A stretch of DNA of 62,555 nucleotides, filler included, from Bipalium vagum (Eukaryota): NCBI GenBank assembly GCA_037834085.1. It is 3 parts of 3 records of this genome, joined end to end, with 100 filler letters (N's around TTAATTAATTAA, not from the genome) between each part and the next. Parts side by side here need not be neighbours in the genome. Positions count along the whole stretch, not along the records: positions 1 to 27,868 come from JBBMKC010076256.1; positions 27,969 to 45,391 come from JBBMKC010066188.1; 1 more part is not named here. One strand, written 5' to 3'. Position 1 is the first letter of the stretch. Every line of letters starts with the position of its first letter. Positions 24,532 to 36,900 of this stretch are shown here, in pieces. The notes under the pieces are model-generated. The model saw only the letters and a list, made by a program, of their open reading frames with translations. It made no database searches and was not told the DNA's origin. The position numbers and the translations under genes are program-made.

Positions 24532-25332
24532 ATATTCAATAAGTGATTTCAAATATTTCCTTTAAGTATTCACTATAATTTAACAAGTCTATTATGATAT
24601 AGCTCTTAAATTAGTCGCGATAAAAAGTGATATTCCAATTAAGTAACCCATCAAGCGTAATAATTTCCTACTTGCACTGCTGTACCTGTAAGGTATTGAT
24701 ATAATTGTTATTTGTTGTTCATGAAAATTGTGTAGTCATAATACCTCCAAAAATTCAATAAATAATATTTACTTTTATAAGCTTAAAAAACTGTCCTCCA
24801 ACAGAATCACACTAATTTACTTTTCTAAATTTATGAAGGACTCTTAGAACTAGGAATAAATGATGCAAATTGGACATAAATTGTTTAAATAATATCATTT
24901 ATTTATTCAATATTTTCATCTTAAATAAAAAATTTTAAAATTATTTTTATATTTTAAGTAAAATGGTGAGACTTAATGTTTTTTAATACCTTTAAATTTA
25001 TTAAGGGGTAATATTGATTTACTCCTCTAAGTCTTCATTTTAATTAGAGCCAGATATAAAACCAATGTTAAGTCATAACTAAATATAATTTTTTATAAAA
25101 ATAAACGATCAAAAATTTAAAAATAAGTTAATTTACTGAGATTTTAATTATTATTTAATGAATTATTATTTTATTTATTATTATTATTTTATGGACTATT
25201 ATCATTTAATTAATTATATTTTCAATAGATATCAATAAATAATATTATTAAATAACTTGGATAAGACCTAATTGTATGAATTCTATTAAAAATATAATTA
25301 TATATTATTATTTAATTATTAAATTATTTTTT

Positions 25333-25821
25333 TCAATTATTTTTCACAAATATGTCAAAAAATGAAGCCACTGGAACTTCCAATTCTTGAGATATATCAA
25401 ATAGTAAATGTATTGACTTAATATCCTTTTTGTGAATATTTTCTTTCTTTGGAATATTTAACGCTTTTGTAAATGTAATTTTTTTAAGCTGATCTTGAAT
25501 ATAATCTTCATTCATCATTGACTGTTCCACATTCGCATTGTTGAAAAAGATAGGTGGTGGCTGGGTTTGTTCACTTTGGTCTTTGAATCCATCTTGATTA
25601 AATCTATTGGTATCTAAGTACATAGAATTTCTGTAAGGAAGATCTGATGTTGTTGTCCAAAACGGTTTAATAGGTCCAGGTACATGCAATAAAAAAGATC
25701 CATATTCTGCATTTGACGTTTTTAGCAATGGATTCAATCTTTTGAAGGTATCCTTTTCTCTTGAAGTAAATTTTGAAAGACCTGGCGCTTTGGATAGATC
25801 ATATAAAATACCATAGCTCAT
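25333..25821 (-). CDS. Hypothetical 162-aa protein, possibly ciliary/flagellar microtubule-inner-protein-like
   Basis: Long ORF for this AT content with protein-like composition, AAAATG start context and an AT-rich 3' flank. An upstream splice acceptor (ctttcttacag) at about 25938 suggests a 5'UTR intron. Motifs KTSNAEYG and FWTTTSDLPYR. Confidence 0.6.
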   Translation of the reverse strand: MSYGILYDLSKAPGLSKFTSREKDTFKRLNPLLKTSNAEYGSFLLHVPGPIKPFWTTTSDLPYRNSMYLDTNRFNQDGFKDQSEQTQPPPIFFNNANVEQSMMNEDYIQDQLKKITFTKALNIPKKENIHKKDIKSIHLLFDISQELEVPVASFFDIFVKNN

Positions 25822-26195
25822 TTTGGTATCTCAATTTTGAACTAGATTATAAATGTAAAATGTCAGGGTGATCAAATTGAATTGAAACTAATAGTTTAAA
25901 TAAACTTCATTTTAATTTTGATATCCAATCTTATATCTGTAAGAAAGATAAAAATGAATCTTTAAAATAATATTATTAATTGAGAAAATTTCATGTTAAA
26001 CATGTTAATATTTACTGAAATATCTTTAGTTAATTTTCTTTCATTCTTGCTTCTTCCTCTTCCTTTTTCCATAAACTAATGGATCACCGAACGGCTTAAT
26101 TATGAGCTCAGCTTGAACGCAATCAACCGAAAACGACATGAATATTAATTAATATAAACAATTATTATATTATAGCAGGGCGTTGATCCAAACGC

Positions 26196-26235
26196 ATTGA
26201 TTGTTTGTGATTGATTGTTTGTGATTGATTGTTTG
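26196..26235. repeat. 14-bp tandem repeat (ATTGATTGTTTGTG) x about 3
   Basis: Direct reading of the sequence. Confidence 0.85.
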
Positions 26236-26977
26236 ATTCATAAAACTTATTTAAGTAAAGCTTATTTTTGTTATTTTGATTCACAAACACGGTAATAACT
26301 AAGGGAGGGATCATTAAAATTTGCAAGCATAAAATTATACTTTTAGTGTAATAGAGTCGAATAAGTTTACTGGGGACTTAAGGGACTATCGATATTTTTT
26401 CGCGAAAGAAGAACGAAAAAATTGCATTTTAAATTTATGATAGTTTGAAAATCCTTCTTTAATTTGATATATAAAACAAAAATTCCAATTAAAACTTATT
26501 AAAAAATTGGAATTAAAAAATTGATATAAAGAATAAGCAATTTTATACTGGACAATCTAATTCATTGCGAAAATTATTGTTACTACTTTAAAGATCTTAG
26601 GGTGTAGTAACCTAACATAAAAATGTCACCCAAATATTTCATTGAGAACTGATTTGGTATGTAATATGGATACTTATTTAATTCCTATTTAAAAAAAATG
26701 TACGAAATACAATTACAAAGAAATATCAATGTGCCTACATTCTTCATACTTAAATTATAACAGTAAGATCTGTGTAAACCGGGCATATTCTAAATCTTCC
26801 AATATTATCCGGCTTATTGAGAATCCGTTTGGTAAGGATATCCTTTAAAAAATTTTTAAAAATAATAGGTGCACCCATCACAGTACAAAAAAGATATTAA
26901 AAAGCCAGATATCCGAGAAAAAAATAAGCGGTTTTCAACTAATGCTTGATGTTTTTCATTTTCAATATGAAAATGTA

Positions 26978-27868
26978 CACACCTGGACAAAAAAATGAGG
27001 CTTACATAATTTATATAATATATTATGACATTTATTTTAACAATTTTACAGCAATCTTACAAAAATTTTCATAAAATATATCATTAACTAAATAAAAAAT
27101 ATTAATAAGGAATATATTTCCATTTGGCCAGTTTAAGCAACTTGATCCGTTTGGGTAGGCTATATGATAGTCGCTGACAATGTTCTGTATTAATGATTTT
27201 CCATTCTTTCTTGACTGCTTTCCACAGTTGGTCAGAAGTATTGAAAATTTTCCCAAATAGTTTTGCTTTTATGTATGCCCATATATTCTCAATTGGATTA
27301 AGATCTGGCGATTGTCCACGCCAAAACATAACCGGTACACCTTTTTTCTTCAACCCTTCTTTTGTTGTTTTTGTTGTGTGCGCCGGTGCATTGTCCTTTT
27401 GGAAAATAACATATTGTCTTTCATTTTTCGTGCATAACTTCTCGATGCTTGGAAGCAATGCAATTTCTAATATCCTTTGGTACTCTTTGGCATTAATTGA
27501 CCCTGTGCATCGTATAAACTCACCAACACCAGATTCTGAGAATATTCCCCAAACCATAATTCCCCCAGCGCCATGTTTTTTTAAAGTGGAAATACATTCC
27601 ATTACATATTTTTCAGTTGATCTTTGAAGACAGCGTTCAGGGCTATCACTATGAAGTTCAAATCGACATTCATCACTCCAGAACACATTGGAACCACTGA
27701 GAATCATACATACCGTAAAGATTATAAAAATTTAATCTGTTTTAATTTTCTTTTTTTGAATAAAATGGTTTCTTTGCACAACGCATAAATCCAAACCCCA
27801 ATTCTTTGACTCGTCTTGCAATTGTTTTTCGAGAAACTGTTTCATTATTTCCATTTTTGAATTCCTCA
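26978..27868 (-). mobile_element. Tc1 (DD34E) transposon, 3' two-thirds, cut by assembly gap
   Basis: ORF 27102-27707: WSDECRF, FQKDNAPAH...SPDLNPIEN with 34 residues between D and E. Terminus TA|CACACCTGGACAAAAAAATGAGG. Confidence 0.9.
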
Positions 27869-27968
27869 NNNNNNNNNNNNNNNNNNNNNNNNNNNNNNNN
27901 NNNNNNNNNNNNTTAATTAATTAANNNNNNNNNNNNNNNNNNNNNNNNNNNNNNNNNNNNNNNNNNNN
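27869..27968. other. Assembly gap with artificial six-frame-stop linker
   Basis: 44 N + TTAATTAATTAA + 44 N. Confidence 0.97.
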
Positions 27969-27986
27969 ATAATAATAATAATAATA

Positions 27987-28043
<57 letters not shown>
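27969..28043. repeat. (AAT)n microsatellite abutting the gap
   Basis: About 25 AAT units with one AGT variant. Confidence 0.95.
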
Positions 28044-28048
<5 letters not shown>

Positions 28049-28259
28049 TACTAACAGAGATGGAAGTTAACAAAGTGACAAAATTACCATAATATTACAA
28101 TAAATCTCTTGGTATAATGAAAATTATCTCAGAAAAGATAAATAAATGACCAAATGAGACTCCATAAAATTATATATATTCATTTAAAATTCAGGACTAA
28201 ATATTCAGATTTTCTTCGTTGCCTTCTTGTATTCATTAAATAAGAATCTCTTAAATAAG

Positions 28260-28680
28260 AGCCTAAGGTTACAAGTTACGTTGATGTTTCGGAATTGCTA
28301 GTGAAAATTATAACATTTTTCAGCGGTTGCGGGATGATCAACATATTTATAGCAAATAAAGATGAGATTGAAACGATCATCCAAAAAAAGAAGCCTGAAT
28401 TTCAGAATAATATCGAAATTGTCGAAAAAGATAATCTATAATCTACATCTTTTCTTACTATTAATAATTTATAGCCAAACATCTGAAAGATAAATAGAAA
28501 AATCGACCATAACAAACTTTTCCGAATTATTTGTTTAGCGAATCATGTTATACGGGTTACAGATTAATGATGAAGTATGACAATGTAGGAAAACAGTTAA
28601 AAAAACTTTCACCAAAGATCAGTTACGTATCATTATACCATATAATAAGATATTGAAAGTACAGCAGTTCATTTTCCTTG
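28260..28680 (+). mobile_element. Possible Penelope-like retroelement RT/thumb remnant
   Basis: Colinear decayed motifs: RLRDD (~RYVDD), FIANKDEIETIIQ, NNIEIVEKDNL (~IKFTxExExNNxL), RK.T (~YRKPT), IIIPY (~LPY). Confidence 0.35.
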
Positions 28681-28855
28681 AAAAAATGAAAAAATTTCAC
28701 TGATTCGAAAAATAATAATAATAATTAATGGTAGCAGATTTGAGATACTTTTATTTATAAGAGGAAACAGTAATGAAACATAATTTTAAAAGAGATAATT
28801 ATGCAAGAGAAAAGATGAAAACTATCATTAGCAAGTAAAAAATAAATTGCATTAC

Positions 28856-30871
28856 CTGGTGATTTGATTGATTCTTCTTTACTCTCGGTTTTCGTCTAAG
28901 ATATGAAAAAGGTGATGAGACAAAAGATAATTAAAAGTAATTTTAAAAACAATTCTCTTCTGCGAATTATTATCACCACGAATAATTTCTTTTCATTTTA
29001 TATTTTGATAAATATAATAATTATACTTTTAGAAAATGTGACCGAAAATGTTTTCTAGCATAACAGAAAATTATTAGATTTGACAAAAATTAATCTGGTT
29101 CCCAGACAATCCAATCAGCAACAATTTCAATAATTTTAGAACGTTTACTACAATAGTTTGTATGCCATCTACCGAAACAAGTGGTAATCCAAAAGACCAA
29201 TAGGTGGTCAGTAAGGGAAGGGAGACAAGTTAATTAGGTCTTTTAATTTCCTATTAATGTTTTGCAAAACGAAGCAGGCACCGTGTGTAACAATGAGACT
29301 TTTCATTTCAGAGTTCCCATAAAAATATCCGGCTTTTAATATTTGAAATCATTTTCAGCTGAAACCGTCACAGGTAATTAACGGGCATCGATAACAGTTT
29401 CTTTTAATGAAAAATGTAAACGAAGATCATTATTTAATTGTTTCTCAAAAATTTCATCATTCGCAATGCAAAATAAAAATTTTTTATAAAGTTATTTTGT
29501 AAAATTATAAAAAAAATATCGCCTAAACAGTATTTGATAAACAATAACGCACATTCAAGATTTCTTTATTCAAAAACAAATACACACAAGTAAGCAACTC
29601 AGTTGCACTTTTACACCTAATAGTTTATTTATTTTTTATTATATTTTATATTTTATTTCTTTTTTACTTCCACAGTTAAAGATTGTGTTATTATCATTAA
29701 TAATTCTAGGACGTGTTAAGCTATTGAATCTTTACGTTCAGAATTAATAATGTGACAGATTTATCGAGTGCAAATGGTAAATTCAAAACTTGAATACAGA
29801 TGAAAATATTATTTTCTAATCACACTGAACTTCTTGAATGGTATCGACCTTGAATTTATTTTGTAATTCCTAACCTTATATTTTTTCGATTGACATTACT
29901 GTAAGTAATTTATTTCTCATCTCTCTGGATACTGGTTTTACAAATAAATGATTTAAACAAATACATATTACAAATATGATATTATTATATAATTAATTAA
30001 TTTTTATATAAATTATTATATAAACAGATAACTAAAAATTCTATTAAAATTTAATATTATATAATAATATATGAATTTATTATGAATGGTTAATAATAAT
30101 AACAATAATAATAATTTCTCTTTTCTACATTAATAAAATAAAATACTTTTTAATTATTTCCGATTTATGCTTTACTGGACGTAACAGTCGGGAAAATTAC
30201 AATGAGCTTTTAAGTCTGAAATGATTATTTGTGTGATAAATTTACTTTTATATTTTATGAAGAGACTCGGTTTACTTGTTATTTTTGTTAAATAATTAAT
30301 CAAATATATTTATTTCATAATATTAAAATTATTAAAATTTTTCCTTATAAAAGCAAGTCAATTTCTTTTTCGTAAAGATAATATATTATTTCTTAATAAT
30401 ATAATATTTAATTTTAACTATTTCTATAATAATTCACATCTTCAGTAACAAGTTTAAAAATGAAGTCTAAAATTAAAAATGTTACTTGTAAAAACATTTA
30501 TAATGAAATGAATGTAAAGAAATAAAGAAAAGAGAAATTTTCTTTCTCTCTAACTGATAATAAATTAAAATTTATTCTTCTTAAATAAAAAAAATTTTTT
30601 AGTATGAAAAAAGTGTAAAATAGAAAGAATTTATTTTAGAAATTCTACGATAAGAAAATGAATTCATTAAATAAATACGGCTTCTTTATTAAATCGAAAT
30701 TAATTTCCCAAAAGATTTCCTTAATACTTTATAACGTCAATTTTATATCTTTGAAAAATCGTATAATGGAAAATAAATATTTGTCTTTTATTTATAAGGA
30801 AAATATAAAATTCAAGCTAATATATACTTGAATATTAATTAATAAACTATAAATACCAGTAATAATAATAA

Positions 30872-30905
<34 letters not shown>

Positions 30906-33900
30906 CCAAGATAATATTACAGTGCTTCATTAATCAAAAAATCACTTTCTTGTCATGAATTTCAAATTTAACATTTAAAAATAGTATTGAGTAATCAGAA
31001 ATTTACCAATAAATCAAACAGCATGTACAATGATGTAATGAATGTTGGATTAATAAATTAGAACTGTATTTCTTTAAATTACGTTTATAACATTGGAATG
31101 AAAAACAATCCAAATAACTTTTCGAACAATCTATTTTAATTAAATGATCAAAAGTTAAAGGTAAGGAATCAGAAAATAAGTTTTACATTGTTTTTTGTGT
31201 GGGTATTTTAGTTTTGGTATTATTGGGTTGTTTGGAAAGTCACTTTGCTTTTTTTATACCTATCTGTAAATCCTAATATAAAGCACTTAAGTCATTTTAA
31301 AAGTTCAGATATTCTAATTGTCTTAGATGAGATGGCAGAAGGTCTTGGAACAAAAAGGACAAAACATTATCGATTAAAATATTTATTAATAATAAAACTT
31401 TTGGTCTGACTTTTTAGTAAAAAATGCGAATTGACTTTCCGAACAACCCAATATGATTAAGAGAAGAAATTTAATATTAACGATAAAACTCTGTAAACAA
31501 TTTATAATTTTACAATATGACTTTTTTAAAATGTTTCAAAATTTAATAATTTTTCCTCCTTTCTTTTTCACTTTAATAATTTTGAACAGTTTATTCTTAA
31601 AAACTACAACTTTTAATGTTAATAAAAATATTTATAACATAATCACAATGTCTCAATGTCGATTTATAGAGATTACATTTCGTTCTTTTTCAGGTTCAGT
31701 TCTTTTTTTTTTAATAAAATATCGTTTTTGTTTCAAATATTTCATTAATATTTTACAAAGGAATAAATATTTTTATTTAAATTAAATATCTTTTAATACC
31801 GTTATGTCAATTAAAATTTTCGTTTGTCATTAATTATTTTTAATTTTTAATATTTTTCTTTCACAAATTTCGTAAATAATAAACTTTTATAAATCTGTCA
31901 ATTACATTTTAAAGAAAATATTTGATTTTATATTTTTCAAGAAATTTTTCATTTAAATCATTCATTATGTTTTTCTCTCAGTCTCGAGTTTTAATTTCTG
32001 TACTTTATCTCTATGAAAATTGTCATCTTCATAAATAATGTTTTCCGGCTCATTTCTCTGGAAAGCAATTCAGCCTACTTCATATGAAAAATATTTCGCA
32101 ATTTTTCAAATTATTATTGATCAGAAAAATCGGCTTGGTTGCAGTATTTCTGCTCTCACGTACTTCTTTAAAAAGATATTCAATCACTCCTTTGAAGCAG
32201 AAAAGCTTTTGATCGAAAATATTTTACAGATTTGAAAAGCAACCATTGGAAAAGAGGTTTATAAAATTGAAAGAAAATGTACAAAATTTGTATAAAAGGA
32301 ATTGCCGTTTTCAGATTTTATCGAATATTCTTTAATAGGTAAATAAGGGGATGGAATATTTAAATTCAACCTTTGATAAGTTATAATGATATTAGTTTTT
32401 TAAAGGGTTGTGACACGCGAGACGAAAAGTAAATTATTTCAACAATCTATATATTAGAAATCAATAAATTTAGAAAGACCAATCTTGAAAAAAGTCCCAA
32501 AAAGATAACTCAAAAACAATGTTTTGCATTTAGTTGAATTATGAAAAGTTAAGTTATTTCAAGGTAATTCTTGAAGATTCAGCTATTAATGCCAAAAAAA
32601 TCCATAGAATATATACGACTATCGTGAATGATATTCAACAGTAACCGATCAAAAGAGACTAGTGATTAAGCAAAACAATCATAGATAGTAGATGGCTATT
32701 GTAGTTTAAACCAAAACTAAAATTCTATGCATTGAATTCCTATCGCATCCCGAATATATTGTTCCGATTAGGCGACATCAGAATTTTACCTATTTCGCCA
32801 AATTTCTACATTCTTGAAGGAAAAGAAAACTCTAGATCTCAATTATGCTAATTTCCTGCACCCAAGGATACGGCTTGGTGTCAAATTAATCTCTTAACAA
32901 TTGCAAAAAGATGATTGACGACAATTAAGCACGAGGGATTGTATTAAGAGGAATAATTTTTTTAATATTAGGTATGGTTATAAATTCTCATTGATTTGTT
33001 ATAGATTAATTATTATTATAAATAAGGTATATTTGTCATTGAAAATAAAACCAAAAAGTAATATTGTAATATTAAGTAAATCAGAAAGTAAGCTCGTTTT
33101 TATCACAAAATTTTATTTTACACTTTTTGCATTTAAATTTATCATAAATCAATCACATAATCGTCATTTTATTTTACTATAGCGTGCCATTTGTCAACCA
33201 AGCATTTCATCCCTTTTTCAAAGAACGAGGAAAATTTAGAGTCAATAAATCATTGGATCTTCTTTTTGATCTGATCTTCATTTTGAAATCTTTTTCCAGA
33301 CAAAAAGTGCTGCAAAGATCTGAAGAAGTGAAAATCTGTTGGCGCAATGTCTGGGTTATATGGCGGGTGAGCCATAACTTCCCATCCTAAATCTTTAATT
33401 TTTTTAGATGTGATCTTCAAGATGTGTGGCCTGGCATTTTCCTGATGAAAAATGACACCTTTTTTGTTGACTAAAGCTGGACCAATTTTAATCAAGTTCT
33501 CATTTAATTTGTCCAATTGATCAGAGTATTTGTTGCCTTTAATTATCTGATTTGATTCGAGCAATTCCCAATAGATTACCCCACGACAATCCCACCAAAT
33601 GCAAAGCATAGCTTTTTTAGGATGAAGACCTGGTTTTGGTGTTGGAATCGGGGTTTCACCTGTAAATAACCATTGTTTTTGTCTTTTGGGATTGTGGTAC
33701 TGAATCCTTTTTTCGTCCCCCGTGACAATACGTTGAAGAAACGGATCACTGTTGTTCTTCAGAATCAGTGATTGACGTAAAGGTAGTCTAACAGCTTTAT
33801 TTTTTCGGTCAATTCATGGGGTACCCAGACACCTGCCTTATATTACTATCCAATCATAAGTAAGTGGGTCTTAACTAAGTAGGAATACAGCCAAGGGTTT

Positions 33901-36900
33901 TTGACAACTGTTCCGTCGTTAATCATGGATCGCTACTTATGAGTTCTTCCAAAAATGTGTCGTCAGTCGTTGGTGGACGTCCACTTCTTTCATGGTCATT
34001 GAGGTTGAAGTCACCAGACCTGAATCTGGCAAACCATTCCTGTGCTTGGCGAATATTAATGGCTCCTTTATTTATGTCATTAATATTAGCGGCAGCTAGT
34101 GTGGCCGTAGATCCACGGAGATATTCGTGCAGGAGCCAATTTCGGACAATTTGCTAAGTCGGGACAAATGTAGCCACTGAATTATAAAAAATATAATCTA
34201 AAAAATAAATATAACTTCTTATACTTAATATATTTCTAAATAAATATTATTAAATCAACAATAAAATTTTCAAAATTTAGCAATTAATTTTAACAATTAG
34301 AAAAAAGAGGTTACTTTCTGACTCACCTAATATTTCTATAAGATATCAATAGTTAATATTTGTTTTAACTGATAAAATAGCTTATTTATTTTAGCAAAAA
34401 TTCAAAACCATAGACGAAGAAAACAACATTTTCGAGATTCATTATTATTTTAATACAATTTAAAGAAACAGATTAGTGAAAAAACATTATGGTTAATATG
34501 CCCTATCAGAAACAACATTCCGAGAATGATATTGACGACTTTAGCGTTGAGGACAAAGAACATTCAAGACAACCAAAGAAGTTTGAAGATGATGATTTTT
34601 CGAATTAATTATCAAAGAAGACCCGTGCCAAACGCTTGAAGAAATAGCACAGACATTGTATATTGTCAGATCAACTACTGGTAAATGAATGGACGCATCC
34701 AAAATTATGGAAAATGAATAATAATAATAATTTCGAATTCAGTAGCAGTTATTTGGAGCTATTAAATATTCCATTCTTGGAAATGTATTTTTATAATAAT
34801 GAAATTGCGTTCACAGGTGATAGGAAGTAATGGAGAACTCTTCGATTATCACCATCACGGGTTTATTCCATATCATCCCACGAGAACGCTTTGTTCATGA
34901 ATTAGAGTGAATGTATGCATATTGTAAAGATGTGATTCGTGCAAATGGAGACGATGTTGTTTAAATAAAACCTAATTTGCTATAAATCTTCTTTTTTTCA
35001 AACGGAAATTATTTAATCTCAATACTTTTTAGACACACTAAATATATATATCACATTCCGAAAACGTATGGAGCACTCTAATAAATCTAACTGACAGGCA
35101 AATTTGACGTTTTTCAAGGAATAAAAAGCGAACTTATAAACAGTGTTATCAACCGAAAAATTGTTGATAAGTATGAAATTTTTAAGATAAAAAACTAATG
35201 AATACAATGCTTTATTTACTTCAATTTCCTTAACGGGCGTTGCAGCCTTGTTTGTTACATTTCCAGGTTTAACTGGAGCTTTTTTCGGTGGAGGTGCAAC
35301 AGTCTTTTTTTGTGGATTAACAACAGGTGCTTTATTTACCACTGGCTTCGGTTGTGATTTGACAGCACTTGGTTTTTCAGATTCAATAACCTTGTTAGCT
35401 GGATTTTTCTGTTTATCATTTGATGGTTTTGATTTAAAAACAATAAGATTTTTTTCATTATACCACGGCAGTCCTAATTGATAATTTAAATATAAAAATA
35501 ATAATTAAAATTATTAAGTTGATAGTGACTATATTTATGATGGTAATAATATTAATAATACTTAAAATTATTATTATTAGGACAATAATAATAATAAAGG
35601 GATTAAATAGTTTAAGAAAAAATTGTGATATACATAACAAGAAATCGTTATGAACCAAGTATACCTTTGATAAATTTGGTAGCAGCTTCGGTTTTATTTT
35701 CTCGCTTTACATCAAGAGCTATGTGGAGAGTTTTGATTGATAATTCAATTGTGGCTATAAATATTTCGTCTTGTGCCATCATTTCATCCGCTTTTCGAGA
35801 CAATATTTCGCCGTAATATCTGATGAAATGCTCGTTGGCGGGTTCGTAGTACAAGGGAACTTGGCAAAGCTGATTATGGGATAATGACAATTATTTTTTA
35901 CAAAATTATATGTAAATTGTTTTATTATATCAATAATTTTGCTTAGTACCTAAAATAAATATTTATTTTATTTCTAGTTCAATCTAATATAGGGAAATAA
36001 AATTGGATGTTTTGATAAAAGATTAATTTATTAAAATGTGAATAACTTTAAATCATAAATAATTGGATTGATAAAAATTTATTAAAATACATTTTGGGAA
36101 TGAGTTTTGAAATTTATATGAAATATAGAACAATAATAGCGTGGTTAAATTTTCTTAAATTTAAAATAACGTAAAAACAATAATAATAGTAGTAATAATA
36201 GTACAATAATAAAGTTATTAATAATAAAAAATAAATTAATAAATAAACTTAATTATTTTTTTCTTTGAGCTGAATTATAAATATAATAATAAAAATTAAG
36301 ATATTTTGGAAATAACAAACAAGAAACAAAAAATAAATAAAATCAGAAAAATTTGTTATTAATAATTTTTAGAAATATTATGATTCGAGCTCTGTTTTCA
36401 TTTTTTTTTAATCTTTTTATTATTGTCAAAATCATAATTAAATTACACAAATTTTCTTTATTTAGTAACTCGTTTTAAAATTAGTCGCAACTACTTATTT
36501 TTAATCAGTAGACTGTATGCTTATTTATTACTAATCAATAATCTTAGTAATTTAAAAGTATAATTTATAAATTTTATTTATTTAATAACGATCTTCCAGT
36601 TCTGTTTTTAAAAATAATTTTAAAGCATGACGGCTAAAAAAATTAAGGTAAATTTTATTGAATAAATTATTGTCATTTGCATGTACTGTCTTTGATTTTC
36701 AGCAATGTCCTTATGGAAATGAAATTCGGAACCCATTAAAATTTAGATAAAAGAATATTTCAATTAAATAGAAAAGAAAACCTAGAAAGAAATATCAGAA
36801 ACTACACAGAGAACCATAAGGTTGCTAATTAAATTGTTTTAATTAAGTTGATGAAACAATATGAAGTCTGGTATTAACTGTTTCTAGTTCACTACTTTTC

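Noticed and set aside
27193-27627. 144-aa plus-strand ORF (similarly 15683-16111, 23222-23491, 33184-33390, 33939-34157, 47362-47592, 59609-59914, 52047-52325)
   Set aside because: Antisense shadows of transposase or ATP13A1 coding sequence.
27913-27924. TTAATTAATTAA palindrome inside N runs (also 45436-45447)
   Set aside because: The identical 44N-12-44N design with stops in all six frames marks it as a scaffolding linker, not biology.
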